64,000 nucleotides of DNA from Candidatus Omnitrophota bacterium. Lineage in GTDB: Bacteria > Omnitrophota > Gorgyraeia > Gygaellales > Profunditerraquicolaceae. The position numbers were made by a program, and so were the translations under genes. Position 1 is the stretch's first letter. Each line of letters opens with the position of its first letter. The notes beneath the pieces were generated by a model, which was given only the letters and a program-made list of their open reading frames with translations, had not been told where the DNA came from and did no database searches. Of the stretch, positions 8,552 to 18,952 are shown one piece after another. The stretch spans positions 771-64,770 of the forward strand of contig JAHJJA010000149.1 of NCBI GenBank assembly GCA_018822885.1. Direction: 5' to 3'.

Positions 8552-9703
8552 CTACTTCGCCATCTCCTTAATTAACTGCAAGGCAATAATGTTTCTCTGG
8601 ACTTGATTTGTACCCTCGTAGATCTGGGTGATTTTTGCGTCGCGCACATACTTCTCAATAGGATAATCTTTCATGTAGCCGTAGCCACCGAAAATCTGAA
8701 GAGCATCCACTGTCACTTTCATCGCTACATCAGATGCATACATCTTTGCCATGGCTGAATCCTTAGACACATCCTTGACTCCTGCATCAACAGCACGCGC
8801 GCAGGCATAAACTAACGCCCTTGCAGCCTCGATTTCTGTCGCCATATCTGCCATCATCCACTGTATTCCTTGAAAAGAAGAAATCGATTTGCCAAACTGA
8901 TGGCGCTCTTTTGCGTATTTGACCGCTAACTCAAGAGCTCCCTGGGCAATACCCAAAGCCTGCGCAGCTACTCCGGGACGGGACATATCAAAGGTCTTCA
9001 TAGTGACAATAAAACCCATACCTTCCCTTGAGAGCAGATTCTCTGCAGGCACTTTACAATCAGTAAAAACCAACTCACTTGTGGAAGAAGCGCGGATCCC
9101 GAATTTATCCTCTTTCTTTCCAAAGGTAAAACCCTTCATGCCCTTTTCAACGATAAATGCTGAAGCGCCGCGGGCACCCTTAGTTTTATCAGTCATTGCG
9201 ATCACTACATAGGTTTCGGCATCGCCGCCGTTTGTAATAAAATGCTTCAACCCGTTTAGCACATAGTGATTGCCTTCTTTTCTTGCAGTAGTCTTAATAG
9301 CAGAAGCATCAGAACCTGCTTCAGGTTCAGTGATACCGAAAGCCGCGACCTTTTTACCGCTGGCTAAATCAGGCAGATATTTCTTTTTCTGGGCATCGCT
9401 TCCAAAAAGAACAATAGGAAACGTCCCTAAAGCTGAAGCCGCATAGCAAACCGCGATACCGCCGCAGGCCCGAGAAAGCTCTTCCGTAGCAAGACACAGA
9501 TTTAAAACTCCTACACTCATCCCTCCGTACTCTTCGGGAATAAACAATCCAAATAACCCCGCGTCAGCAATTATCTTTAAAACTTCCCAGGGATACTCTT
9601 CTGTCTTATCATATTTAGCCGCGACTGGACGAATCTTTTCCTCTGCGATCTTATGCGACAACTCTTTGATCATCTTTTGTTCATCAGTCAATAAGTAATC
9701 CAT
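8552..9703 (-). CDS. Acyl-CoA (butyryl-CoA-like) dehydrogenase
   Basis: TEPEAGSD, KHFITNG, GGYGY, IYEGTNQ. Confidence 0.93.
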   Translation of the reverse strand: MDYLLTDEQKMIKELSHKIAEEKIRPVAAKYDKTEEYPWEVLKIIADAGLFGLFIPEEYGGMSVGVLNLCLATEELSRACGGIAVCYAASALGTFPIVLFGSDAQKKKYLPDLASGKKVAAFGITEPEAGSDASAIKTTARKEGNHYVLNGLKHFITNGGDAETYVVIAMTDKTKGARGASAFIVEKGMKGFTFGKKEDKFGIRASSTSELVFTDCKVPAENLLSREGMGFIVTMKTFDMSRPGVAAQALGIAQGALELAVKYAKERHQFGKSISSFQGIQWMMADMATEIEAARALVYACARAVDAGVKDVSKDSAMAKMYASDVAMKVTVDALQIFGGYGYMKDYPIEKYVRDAKITQIYEGTNQVQRNIIALQLIKEMAK

Positions 9704-9810
9704 TGCGCCTCCATTTTTAACTTTATTCTAAAACCTACCCACAACCTAAGGCATATTTAGTGTGCCCTTTGTTATTGGTGATTTTAAAATTTTACCATAA
9801 TAATTATTTT

Positions 9811-10260
9811 TTACAATAATTTTAATAAAGCGATCTCCTGGCAGTTGGGGAATTTGCAGCACTTAATACATTCAACCCAGATTTTATGCGGCAACTCGGC
9901 ATTCTTAATCCTCTTAAAACCGAGTCTCTTAAAGAAGTCAGGTTTATAGGTGAGAACAAAAGCCCGTTTAACGCCCATCTCTTTTGCCTCATTCAGGCAG
10001 GTCAAGACCAATTCCTTTCCTATGCCCTTGCGCTGTTTGTTTTTTGCTACCGCAAGCGATTTGATCTCGGCCAGATCATCCCATGATATGTGTAAGGCCG
10101 CGCAGCCGATGACTTTCTTAGCCTCAACGTAGACCCAAAAATCCCTCAAGTTTTCATACAACTCATTCAACGAACGCGCAAGCATCAGATCCTGCTTAGC
10201 AAAAGCATTGATAAGTTTCTGAATTTGCTTTATATCTTCAATCTTAGCTTTTCTAATCAC
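9811..10260 (-). CDS. Short GNAT amino-acid N-acetyltransferase (ArgA-like)
   Basis: AEIKSLAV, QRKGIG, LPHKIW-EC-x-x-C. Confidence 0.8.
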   Translation of the reverse strand: MIRKAKIEDIKQIQKLINAFAKQDLMLARSLNELYENLRDFWVYVEAKKVIGCAALHISWDDLAEIKSLAVAKNKQRKGIGKELVLTCLNEAKEMGVKRAFVLTYKPDFFKRLGFKRIKNAELPHKIWVECIKCCKFPNCQEIALLKLL

Positions 10261-11483
10261 TTAATCTCCGTCCCTTTCGCTACAACGACAATTCCCGAAT
10301 CAGAAACCACGAATTTTTTCCTATCCTCTTCCAGATCATAGCCAATGACCATCCCCTGCGGGATATTAACACCCTTATCGATGATCGCGCGCTTTATCTT
10401 GGCGTACCGGCCGACATTAACGCCTTCCATGATTATGGAATCATAGACCTCGGAATAGCTATTGATCCTCACATCAGGAGACAAAATAGAGCGCTGGATC
10501 CTGCCGCCGCTGACTACACACCCTCCCGCGACTATAGAATCAAGCGCAAGCCCAACCCTTCCCGCGATAACATCTCCCGAGTGCACAGTTTTTGCCGGAG
10601 GAAACTGCTCTTGATAAGTCCTGACCGGCCACTCCTGATCATAAAGATTAAAGATCGGTTCAGCCTGGATAAGATCCATATTCGCTTCAAAATAGGCATC
10701 AATAGTCCCGATATCACGCCAGTATTTTGCCTGTTTCTTATTTTCATCGTGAAAATTATAAACGCGGATCTTCATGCCTTTTTTAAGCATTTGCGGGATT
10801 ATATTCTTTCCGAAATCATGGTTAGAATCTGTTTTTCTGGCGTCCTCTCGCAGTTCCTGTTTAAGGGCCGACGTCTTAAAAACATAGATACCCATTGAAG
10901 CATAGAACTTATCGGGCTTTCCCGGGATCGTATTAGGTTTTGCCGGCTTCTCCTGAAACCCGGTAACGCAACCAAGCTTATCAACCTCCACAATACCAAA
11001 CTGCTTAGAATCAGCCTTATCCATTTCAACGACGCTGACTGTCAGATCCGCGTCCTGATCACGGTGGAAATCTATCATTGAATAATAATTCATCTTGTAA
11101 ACATGGTCACCGGCCAAAATCAAAACCTCATCCGGCTCTTCTGTGTCAACCGTATAAAGATTCTGATAAATCGCATCGGCAGTCCCCAGATACCAGGAAT
11201 CCCCGATCCTCTGCTGAGCAGGTAACAACTCAATATACTGGCCCAACTCCGAAGGGAGTATATTCCAGCCGAGGCGAATATGCCTCTGCAAAGACTCCGA
11301 CTTATACTGCGTCAGAAGAAAAATCCTGCGCAATCCGGAATTAATACAGTTACTAAGAGTAAAATCTATAATACGGTAAATCCCTCCAAAAGGGACCGCC
11401 GGCTTTGTCCTATCGCGAGTCAAAGGATTCAAACGCTCCCCCTTGCCGCCGGCCATAATAAAAGTCAAGACTTTGCGCATCAT
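10257..11483 (-). CDS. glgC: Glucose-1-phosphate adenylyltransferase
   Basis: MAGGKGERL-PLT-x-x-RTKPAVPFGG, GTADA, DFG, YWRDIGT; start at 11483 by ATGA overlap. Confidence 0.95.
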   Translation of the reverse strand: MMRKVLTFIMAGGKGERLNPLTRDRTKPAVPFGGIYRIIDFTLSNCINSGLRRIFLLTQYKSESLQRHIRLGWNILPSELGQYIELLPAQQRIGDSWYLGTADAIYQNLYTVDTEEPDEVLILAGDHVYKMNYYSMIDFHRDQDADLTVSVVEMDKADSKQFGIVEVDKLGCVTGFQEKPAKPNTIPGKPDKFYASMGIYVFKTSALKQELREDARKTDSNHDFGKNIIPQMLKKGMKIRVYNFHDENKKQAKYWRDIGTIDAYFEANMDLIQAEPIFNLYDQEWPVRTYQEQFPPAKTVHSGDVIAGRVGLALDSIVAGGCVVSGGRIQRSILSPDVRINSYSEVYDSIIMEGVNVGRYAKIKRAIIDKGVNIPQGMVIGYDLEEDRKKFVVSDSGIVVVAKGTEIK

Positions 11484-12076
11484 CTTAAAATCACCCCCAT
11501 TATTCCGCGACGGATCATCATCGCTGCGATTGCAGCTAGAAGTATATACATGATCTTGGCGAATGCGCGAGTGCCGCTTACGCCCATTAATTTCATTATA
11601 TGATCTGCCTTGGACAGGCAAAGCCAGACAAATAACATGTTAGTCACCAAAGAAACAAAAGTCGCCCCTACCCCGTAAGTATCCAACATCATCAGGGTAG
11701 TCGTTAAGACCGCCGGACCGGTGATCAAAGGCGTACCCAGCGGAACAACCCCCACCTCTTTATCCGGCGAGCCTAAAACCCTGGCATGCGAAGAAGGAAG
11801 AAGTAGTCTGGCCGCAATAACAAACAAAAGCACGCCGCCGGCTATCTGAAAATCCTGTATAGTAATACCCAACAGGCTCAATACTAACTTACCCACGAAC
11901 ATAAAAGCTACCGCAACTCCAGTAGCAGTAAAAACAGTCTGTAAGATGATCCTGTGCTTTTCCTTCTTAGTCGTCCCGTGCACAAGCGAAACAAACAAAG
12001 GAAGATTGCCGATCGCATCAACCGCCACAAAGATCGGGATGAATGTAAGTAGGTATGGCTTCAATATGTTAAGCAT
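11480..12076 (-). CDS. MarC family membrane protein
   Basis: D-x-IGNLP-F, FQIAGGVLLF, VPLGTPLITGP. Confidence 0.9.
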   Translation of the reverse strand: MLNILKPYLLTFIPIFVAVDAIGNLPLFVSLVHGTTKKEKHRIILQTVFTATGVAVAFMFVGKLVLSLLGITIQDFQIAGGVLLFVIAARLLLPSSHARVLGSPDKEVGVVPLGTPLITGPAVLTTTLMMLDTYGVGATFVSLVTNMLFVWLCLSKADHIMKLMGVSGTRAFAKIMYILLAAIAAMMIRRGIMGVILR

Positions 12077-12084
12077 AATTTTAA

Positions 12085-12113
12085 ATTATACTACTTTCAC
12101 TCTCTATCTTCAA
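12085..12113 (-). promoter_or_regulatory. Sigma70 promoter, near-leaderless (marC-glgC-GNAT)
   Basis: TTGAAG-17-TATAAT, 8 nt before ATG. Confidence 0.7.
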
Positions 12114-12123
12114 GAAATAAATA

Positions 12124-12139
12124 TCAAGACCGGTCTTGA
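12124..12139. repeat. Perfect palindrome of the AAGACC(N)GGTCTT family
   Basis: TCAAGACCGGTCTTGA; related copies at 31408-31479 and 33785-33833. Confidence 0.8.
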
Positions 12140-12145
12140 CCTTAC

Positions 12146-13312
12146 TTATTTCTCCTGCGGAGAATCTTTAATCCTGCTGATCAAAGGCAGACACAAAAAA
12201 CTGGTCAAGCTGGACAAGACAATAAGCCATTTCAACCCGATCCTCGGCAGCAAAAACGCCCCTGATAAGTTGCTGGCGGTAAGCGCTAGATTACTCACGC
12301 TGCAAAGCAAAGCAAAAGAGGTAGCTTCTAAACCACTAATGGTGTTACGGGCCATAAAGTCCATTACCATTAAAAAGATAAACATCCCTATTAAACTGTA
12401 TATCAGATCATAAACCACCGCGGTATAGGGGGTATAATAAAGGTAACTTAAGGTAGTGACAGCGCCTAAAAACACGGAAAAGAAAAGCCATTTCTTGATA
12501 TTTATTCTTTGGCTGAATTTATAATACATCACGGAACCGATGATACCAAAGACCGTTCCGATAGTAGCCAGCCAGCCGATCCAAACCTTGCTCCACTTAA
12601 AAGCATCCCTCTGAATAAAGAAAAGCGGGGTGCCGAAGGAAGGAGAAAACTTATATAGAAAAATGAATAACCCGATTACAAGCAATTCCTTGTGGGCGAA
12701 TAATTTCTTTAGGTCCTTTAAGAGCGTCGATGGGGCTTTTATCCCCTGATAATCCTCCTCTTTATAAAAGAAAGCGCAAGCCCCGACGAGAATATAAACC
12801 GGGATCAAGCCTAAGAATGCCGCTTTATACCCCCATTTTTCCGCTATATAACCTCCCCCTACTCCGGTAATCAAGCCGGATACATAAATAGAGATCCACT
12901 GTACGCTCTGGATTTTTCCGGTGGCCTTGTATTTCTTACCCTCCATGCACATGATCCCGTCTACTGCCACATCCCTAAAAGCAGAATTGGTGGAGTTTAA
13001 CAGTAAAAAGGTCACCAATAAAACGATAGGCAGGGAAAATATACCTAAAAATGAAACTAAGGCAATGTCTCCGGCTAAAGCGATATATATCCAGATCTTC
13101 TTATTGAAAAAATTATCTATGATGTAGCCGATTATAGGTTTTACAAGCCAGGCCATTATGACGATGCTGTTAATGACCATGATCTTTTCAGGAGAGAAGT
13201 TTAGTGTTTCTTTCATATAATAAAACAACCCCTGCGAAGGCAGGCCTTCAATCCCCTGGGTAAAATATACCGCGCTGCTTAACGCGAAGATCCAGAATAG
13301 TTTTTTATTCAC
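12146..13312 (-). CDS. MFS transporter, BT1/folate-biopterin-like
   Basis: About 12 TM; W-x-x-KP-x-x-G, AFRDVAVDG, GKIQSVQW; GTG start. Confidence 0.8.
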   Translation of the reverse strand: MNKKLFWIFALSSAVYFTQGIEGLPSQGLFYYMKETLNFSPEKIMVINSIVIMAWLVKPIIGYIIDNFFNKKIWIYIALAGDIALVSFLGIFSLPIVLLVTFLLLNSTNSAFRDVAVDGIMCMEGKKYKATGKIQSVQWISIYVSGLITGVGGGYIAEKWGYKAAFLGLIPVYILVGACAFFYKEEDYQGIKAPSTLLKDLKKLFAHKELLVIGLFIFLYKFSPSFGTPLFFIQRDAFKWSKVWIGWLATIGTVFGIIGSVMYYKFSQRINIKKWLFFSVFLGAVTTLSYLYYTPYTAVVYDLIYSLIGMFIFLMVMDFMARNTISGLEATSFALLCSVSNLALTASNLSGAFLLPRIGLKWLIVLSSLTSFLCLPLISRIKDSPQEK

Positions 13313-13372
13313 CCAGCCCTTCTTTCCCTATTACTATCCCAGCCCGTAAGAAGGGCTGGGTACACCAAAATA

Positions 13373-13408
13373 AAAAAAGACTATCGCACCTTAGCGAGTA
13401 GCCTTTTT
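13373..13408 (-). terminator. Terminator after secG
   Basis: Imperfect stem AAAAGACTATCGC/GCGAGTAGCCTTTT with A/T tracts. Confidence 0.55.
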
Positions 13409-13430
13409 ATAAAGTTAACCTGACATTAAA

Positions 13431-13823
13431 TTATTTTGTTTGATTTACCGGCATTTCCTGTTTTAGGGCTTCTGTTTTAACAACCCCCTCTACTTGCTTT
13501 GCAGCCTCTTTAACTGTCTGATTCACTGCCGGTTCAGTAAGCGGCCTTACCCCTTTTGCAGCCACTGGCTTTGCCTGGACATCCTTCATCAGCGAGCGGC
13601 TCTGGCGTACCGATAAAACCGCCAGGCTTAAGCAGGTAAAGAAAAATATTACAGAAAGCACGGTAGTAGCTCGCGTGAGAAGAACGCTTGTCTTTGTCCC
13701 GAACATCGACTCAACACCCTGAAAACTCTCGACCAGACCGCTGCCTCTTCCCCTCTGTATTAACACTATAACGATCAGGCCAAAACACACAATCACATGG
13801 ATTATTATCACGAACATCATCAT
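13431..13823 (-). CDS. secG: Preprotein translocase subunit SecG
   Basis: VLIQRGRGSGL...FG...LTRAT, two TM; follows tpiA. Confidence 0.9.
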   Translation of the reverse strand: MMMFVIIIHVIVCFGLIVIVLIQRGRGSGLVESFQGVESMFGTKTSVLLTRATTVLSVIFFFTCLSLAVLSVRQSRSLMKDVQAKPVAAKGVRPLTEPAVNQTVKEAAKQVEGVVKTEALKQEMPVNQTK

Positions 13824-14587
13824 TTTGTTACCTCATTGGCTTTCTTTACTATATCCACAAAACTCTCAACTTTAAGGCTGGCTCCCCCGACCAAAGCTCC
13901 ATCCACATCAGCCTTCTTCATCAAATCAACAATATTCTCCGGTTTTACGCTTCCCCCGTATTGGATCCTTATACTCTGCGCAATATCAACGCCATATAGC
14001 CTCACCAACAAATCGCGTATATACTTATGCGCCTCTTGCGCCTGCTCGGGAGTTGCCGTCTTTCCCGTGCCAATAGCCCAAACCGGCTCATAAGCAATGA
14101 TTAACTTTTGCGCCTCTTCGGCAGTAATATCCTTTAGGCCGTTAAGGACATGGTCCTCTAAGACTTTAAAGGTGAGGCCCTTTTCCCTCTCGGCGAGCAT
14201 CTCCCCCACGCACATAATAGGAGTCAAATCATACGACAAAGCAGCTTTGACTTTTTTATTTACTGTTTCATTAGTCTCATTAAAAAACTGCCTGCGCTCA
14301 GAGTGGCCTATAATAACGAATTTACAGCCCGCATCCTTAAGCATTTTTCCGGAAACCTCACCCGTAAAAGCCCCCTCATCCTGCCAGTAAAGATCCTGGC
14401 CACCCAGAAGGATATTACTGGTTTCCAAAGCATCAGCCAGATATCCCAGCAATGTAAAGGGCGGACAGATCACCACCTCCGTATCTTCTATCTGAAAAAG
14501 CTCTCTCCTTAAGGCAACCGCTAACTCCTGTCCGTCCTTAAGGGTCTTGTACATCTTCCAGTTTCCGGCAATAATAGTTTTTCGCAT
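13820..14587 (-). CDS. tpiA: Triosephosphate isomerase
   Basis: AGNWKM, GHSERR, AYEPVWAIGTG, YGGSV. Confidence 0.98.
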   Translation of the reverse strand: MRKTIIAGNWKMYKTLKDGQELAVALRRELFQIEDTEVVICPPFTLLGYLADALETSNILLGGQDLYWQDEGAFTGEVSGKMLKDAGCKFVIIGHSERRQFFNETNETVNKKVKAALSYDLTPIMCVGEMLAEREKGLTFKVLEDHVLNGLKDITAEEAQKLIIAYEPVWAIGTGKTATPEQAQEAHKYIRDLLVRLYGVDIAQSIRIQYGGSVKPENIVDLMKKADVDGALVGGASLKVESFVDIVKKANEVTK

Positions 14588-14588
14588 A

Positions 14589-15770
14589 TTATTTATCTGT
14601 CAATGCAGCTACTCCCGGCAAAACCTTTCCTTCCAAATATTCTAAGCTAGCCCCTCCGCCGGTAGAAATATGGCTCATCTTGTCTTCACACTTAAATTTC
14701 GCTACCGCGGCTGCCGTATCGCCTCCGCCGATTATCGAAGTTGCCTTAAGAGTCGCTACAAACTTGACGATCTCCTGCGTCCCTTTGCTAAAAGCATCCA
14801 TTTCAAAAATTCCTAAAGGTCCGTTCCATACGATCGTCTTTGCTGATTTTAATTTCTCTTCGAATAAGGCAATGGTTTTTGGACCGATATCTACGCCGAT
14901 CTTTCCCTCCGGAATATTATCTCCGACGATCTCAGTTTTGGCATTAGCATCGATTGCCTCGACAATGACGTTATCTACCGGCAAGAGTATCTCTTTCTTT
15001 AACTGCGCGGCTTTATCAAGGATAGTTTTAGCTAAATCTAGCTTGTCCTTCTCAAGCTTTGAATTACCGATCTGTTTTCCTTGCGCCTTTAAAAAGGTAT
15101 AAGCCATGCCTCCGCCGATCAATATACAGTCGCACTTGGGAAGCAGGTTCTCTATCATCTGTATCTTATCAGAGACCTTTGCCCCTCCTAAAATGACCAT
15201 AAAAGGCCGAGCAGGATTTGCAACCGCGTTTCCCAAATATTGGATCTCCTTTTCCAGAAGAAAACCCGCCGCAGATTTAAGATAATGCGTGACACCTTCA
15301 GTAGAGGCGTGCGCGCGGTGGGCCGTGCCAAAGGCGTCATTCACAAACACATCTCCGAGTGAAGCCAACTGTTTAGCAAAGGCGGCATCATTTGCCTCTT
15401 CTTCGGCGTGATAACGCAGGTTCTCCAATAAAACCACCCTATCTTTGGTCGAACCTATTTCCTTCTTTATGTTCTCGTCCACGCAATCGCTTAAAAAACT
15501 GACATTCTCGCCTAAAAGCTCTTTTAGCCTTGCGGCAACAGGCTTAAGGCTGTATTTAGCCACTACCTTGCCATCCGGCCTGCCTAAATGACTCATCAAA
15601 ACAAGCTTTTTAGCCCCGTTTTGCAGAATATATTTTATGGTCGGCAAAGTCGCTCGAATGCGCGTATCGTCGGTAATATTTAAATTCGCGTCCTGCGGGA
15701 CATTAAAATCAGCGCGCATAAGGACCGTCTTGTCTTTTAAATCGAGGTCTTTCACTGTCATTTTAGCCAT
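14589..15770 (-). CDS. pgk: Phosphoglycerate kinase
   Basis: RADFNVP, SHLGRP, DAFGTAHR, STGGGASLE. Confidence 0.98.
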   Translation of the reverse strand: MAKMTVKDLDLKDKTVLMRADFNVPQDANLNITDDTRIRATLPTIKYILQNGAKKLVLMSHLGRPDGKVVAKYSLKPVAARLKELLGENVSFLSDCVDENIKKEIGSTKDRVVLLENLRYHAEEEANDAAFAKQLASLGDVFVNDAFGTAHRAHASTEGVTHYLKSAAGFLLEKEIQYLGNAVANPARPFMVILGGAKVSDKIQMIENLLPKCDCILIGGGMAYTFLKAQGKQIGNSKLEKDKLDLAKTILDKAAQLKKEILLPVDNVIVEAIDANAKTEIVGDNIPEGKIGVDIGPKTIALFEEKLKSAKTIVWNGPLGIFEMDAFSKGTQEIVKFVATLKATSIIGGGDTAAAVAKFKCEDKMSHISTGGGASLEYLEGKVLPGVAALTDK

Positions 15771-15796
15771 TCTTAAGCCTCCGTTATGAAGTTTAA

Positions 15797-15825
15797 AATA
15801 TATCTCAAATTCAGGCCTTTGTCAA
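15797..15825 (-). promoter_or_regulatory. Sigma70 promoter of pgk-tpiA-secG
   Basis: TTGACA-17-TATATT; GGAGG SD before pgk. Confidence 0.75.
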
Positions 15826-15873
15826 TAACTCATTTTCAAAATAATGGGCCTGGTTTCCTGTTTTTCCTTAAAG

Positions 15874-16611
15874 TTAATATTTGACTTTGACAAGGCATAG
15901 CCCCCGAGCAGGAGCCGTGGGGCCGGCCAATCCCCTATCCTTAGAACGCAATATCCTGATTAAGTCTCCCTTGGTAAATCTGCCCCTGCCTATTTCCAGA
16001 AGCGTTCCCACGATATTTCTCGCCATATTATAAAGAAATCCATCTGCCTCGAGCTGAAACTCTATTAAGTCCCCATCCTTATCGATCCTGATTCTTTTTA
16101 TAGTCTTAAAGGGGTTTCTTTCCGTCTTGTCGGCTGCCTGAAAGGCCTTAAAATTATGCCTGCCCAAGAGGCATTTTGCCTCCTGCCTCATAAGCCTTAG
16201 ATTTAACGGGAAAGAAAATAAATGCGACCTATTCCTTAGAAAAGCGCTAGAATAAGAACGATTTAGAACCATATAACGGTAAATCTTTGATTTGGCGCTA
16301 AAACGCGAGTGGAAATCAACCGGAACTTCCTTTACTTTAGAAACTACGATATCCTTCGGGAGGAAAGTATTCAGGGCCAACTGTAACTTATTAAGAGGTA
16401 TACTGGAACCAGTCTTAAAATTAGCGACTTGGGCTTCGGCATGGACCCCTGCGTCCGTCCTGCCGGAAACAATTAAACTGACTTTTTCCCGCAGGATCTT
16501 CTTAAGGGCTTTCTCTATCGTTGCCTGTATTGATTTACCGCTATCCTGCACCTGCCAGCCGCAATAATTTGTCCCGTCGTATTCTATCTCGAGCCTGATA
16601 TTGCGACTCAA
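15874..16611 (-). CDS. truA: tRNA pseudouridine(38-40) synthase
   Basis: YDGT-Y-GWQ, SGRTDAGVHA, FLYNMAR, GPTAP. Confidence 0.97.
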   Translation of the reverse strand: MSRNIRLEIEYDGTNYCGWQVQDSGKSIQATIEKALKKILREKVSLIVSGRTDAGVHAEAQVANFKTGSSIPLNKLQLALNTFLPKDIVVSKVKEVPVDFHSRFSAKSKIYRYMVLNRSYSSAFLRNRSHLFSFPLNLRLMRQEAKCLLGRHNFKAFQAADKTERNPFKTIKRIRIDKDGDLIEFQLEADGFLYNMARNIVGTLLEIGRGRFTKGDLIRILRSKDRGLAGPTAPARGLCLVKVKY

Positions 16612-17630
16612 CTTATTAAAACCTCGGCGATTTGCACCGCATTAGTAGCAGCGCCCTTACGCAAATTATCGGCAACTACCCAAAGCCACAATCCGTTTTT
16701 TACAAAAGCATCTTTGCGGATCCGGCCGATAAAAGTCTCGTCTTTACCTTCCGAGTCCTTAGGCATAGGATAGAGATTATCCTTGGGTTCATCTATCACA
16801 ATAACGCCCGGGGCTTTTGAAAGAATATCTTTTACCTTTTCAGGTTCAATGTTTTTATCAGTCTCGATGTATACCGACTCAGAATGCCCGGTCCTTACCG
16901 GTACCCTGACGGTAGTAGCGGATATTTTTATTTTATCATCGTGCATGATCTTGTGCGTCTCGCGCACCAGCTTCCACTCTTCGCTGGTATAATCAAGCTC
17001 CGCAAACCCGCCGATATGAGGAAAAACATTGTACGCCAATTGCTGGGACATAGATTTATTCTCTGCGTTCACATGCACATTACTATAACCTCCGGAGCCT
17101 ATCAGGGAATTTTCTTCTTTTAACTGCTCCACGGCAGCCTTGCCCGCGCCGCTTGAAGCCTGAAGGGTAGTGACAATAACCCTCTTTATCCCGGCTTTTT
17201 TATAAATAGGCCAAAGGGCCACAACCATCTGAATGGTCGAGCAATTCGGATTAGCGATGATACCTTTATGTTTTTTTGCGTCTTTTGGGTTTACTTCTGG
17301 GACGACCAATGGGACATCGGGGTCCATCCTAAAGTCAGCCCCGTTATCAATGACCACAGCTCCCCTTTTTACCGCCTCTTTAGCAAAAGTTACTGCGGCG
17401 CCTTTTTCACCTTCGGTCCCGGCAAACAAAGCAATATCCACGCCTTTAAAACCCTCGGCAGAAACGGGTTGGACTGAATAAGTCTGGCCGTCGACTTCGA
17501 TATTTCGAGCTGAACGCGCAAACACGCGTAATTCCCCGAGAGGGAAATTGCGCTGTTTTAAAACGCGCAGCATCTCAACGCCGACTACGCCGGCGCCAAT
17601 GACCGCGACATTGACTTTAGATTTTTTCAT
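16608..17630 (-). CDS. asd: Aspartate-semialdehyde dehydrogenase
   Basis: PLVVPEVN, IANPNCST, VRVPV-x-x-GHS, DNLRKGAA. Confidence 0.96.
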   Translation of the reverse strand: MKKSKVNVAVIGAGVVGVEMLRVLKQRNFPLGELRVFARSARNIEVDGQTYSVQPVSAEGFKGVDIALFAGTEGEKGAAVTFAKEAVKRGAVVIDNGADFRMDPDVPLVVPEVNPKDAKKHKGIIANPNCSTIQMVVALWPIYKKAGIKRVIVTTLQASSGAGKAAVEQLKEENSLIGSGGYSNVHVNAENKSMSQQLAYNVFPHIGGFAELDYTSEEWKLVRETHKIMHDDKIKISATTVRVPVRTGHSESVYIETDKNIEPEKVKDILSKAPGVIVIDEPKDNLYPMPKDSEGKDETFIGRIRKDAFVKNGLWLWVVADNLRKGAATNAVQIAEVLIS

Positions 17631-18688
17631 AGGTTCTCCTCCAGGTATTTAACTACGAGGTCTCCAACTTCGGAGGTCGAATGCCCCATCTTTCCTGCGG
17701 CAAGAGAAGCTAATTTTTCCCTGGTGACCTTTATCACCGCATCTTCTATTGCCTTTGCAGCTTTTTCCTCTCCTAAAGTCTCAAGCATCATGCCCCCGGC
17801 GCAAATCGCTGCCAGAGGATTGATCACATTTTTACCTGTATATTTCGGCGCGCTTCCTCCTATCGGTTCAAACATTGAAACACCCTTAGGATTGATATTA
17901 CCTCCGGCGGCAATACCCATGCCACCCTGAACCATAGCCCCTAAATCGGTAACAATGTCTCCGAACATATTATCGGTTACGATCACATCAAACCACTCCG
18001 GGTTCTTTACGAACCACATAGTAGTCGCGTCCACATGAGCGTAATCAGTGGCAATATCGGAATACTCCTTGGCGACCTCATGGAATGTTCTTTCCCATAA
18101 ATCCCAGGCGTATGTAAGGACGTTTGTTTTGCCGCAAAGCGTAAGCTTTTTTCGTTTATTTCGCTTACGGCAATATTCAAAGGCATAGCGGATGCAGCGC
18201 TCAACACCCTTACGGGTGTTGTAAGAGATCTGAATAGCGACCTCCTCTTTGGTGCCTTTTTTCTGAAACTCCCCCATACCTTTATACAGGCCTTCAGAGT
18301 TTTCTCTAACGACCACAAAATCAATATCCTCCGGCTTCTTATCCTTCAAAGGACAGAACCTCTCATCGTATAATTTAACCGGCCGCAGATTTATATATTG
18401 ATCCAGAGAGAATCTTAACTTTAAAAGCACGCTGGTCTCGAGTATCCCCGGTTTTACATCCGGATGGCCTACTGCACCCAAATAAATAGCGTAATATTTT
18501 CTTAACTCCTCTATATCCCCATCCTCTACCAGCTTTCCGGTTTTTAAATAACGCTCCCCGCTAAAGTCAAAAGCCTTGGATTCATATTTAAAACCAAACT
18601 TCTTAGACGCGGCCTCTAATACTTTTAAACCCTCACGAATAACCTCTGGGCCGGTACCATCTCCGGGGATAACAGCTATTTTATACAT
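17627..18688 (-). CDS. leuB: 3-isopropylmalate dehydrogenase
   Basis: [27 protein letters not shown]; leuCD context. Confidence 0.88.
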   Translation of the reverse strand: MYKIAVIPGDGTGPEVIREGLKVLEAASKKFGFKYESKAFDFSGERYLKTGKLVEDGDIEELRKYYAIYLGAVGHPDVKPGILETSVLLKLRFSLDQYINLRPVKLYDERFCPLKDKKPEDIDFVVVRENSEGLYKGMGEFQKKGTKEEVAIQISYNTRKGVERCIRYAFEYCRKRNKRKKLTLCGKTNVLTYAWDLWERTFHEVAKEYSDIATDYAHVDATTMWFVKNPEWFDVIVTDNMFGDIVTDLGAMVQGGMGIAAGGNINPKGVSMFEPIGGSAPKYTGKNVINPLAAICAGGMMLETLGEEKAAKAIEDAVIKVTREKLASLAAGKMGHSTSEVGDLVVKYLEENL

Positions 18689-18700
18689 GATCTCTCCTAT

Positions 18701-18952
18701 CTATATCTCTTCGATAAACTTAATAGAGCTTCTATTTAAGATAATCGTTTTCCCAGTCCGGGGAATAAACCCCTTGATCAGCCTGAATGAGCGTTTTACG
18801 AATTCCACATTAGTGACCGGAATAAACTTTCTTTTTTCATCATTAACAAAATCCAGCATCCTCTCACCCGGGTTAATATGCACAAACCCCTTAAAGACTA
18901 CTCCGTCCGAACAAATGATGACGACATTATGCTGTTCTTTTTCCACTCTCAT
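18701..18952 (-). CDS. Small hypothetical protein within the leu operon
   Basis: G-VHI...ERMLDFVN...FIPVT...ILNRSSI; contiguous with leuD and leuB. Confidence 0.6.
   Translation of the reverse strand: MRVEKEQHNVVIICSDGVVFKGFVHINPGERMLDFVNDEKRKFIPVTNVEFVKRSFRLIKGFIPRTGKTIILNRSSIKFIEEI

Noticed and set aside
13313-13430. tRNA-Leu often found after secG
   Set aside because: No cloverleaf or T-loop motif; only hairpins.
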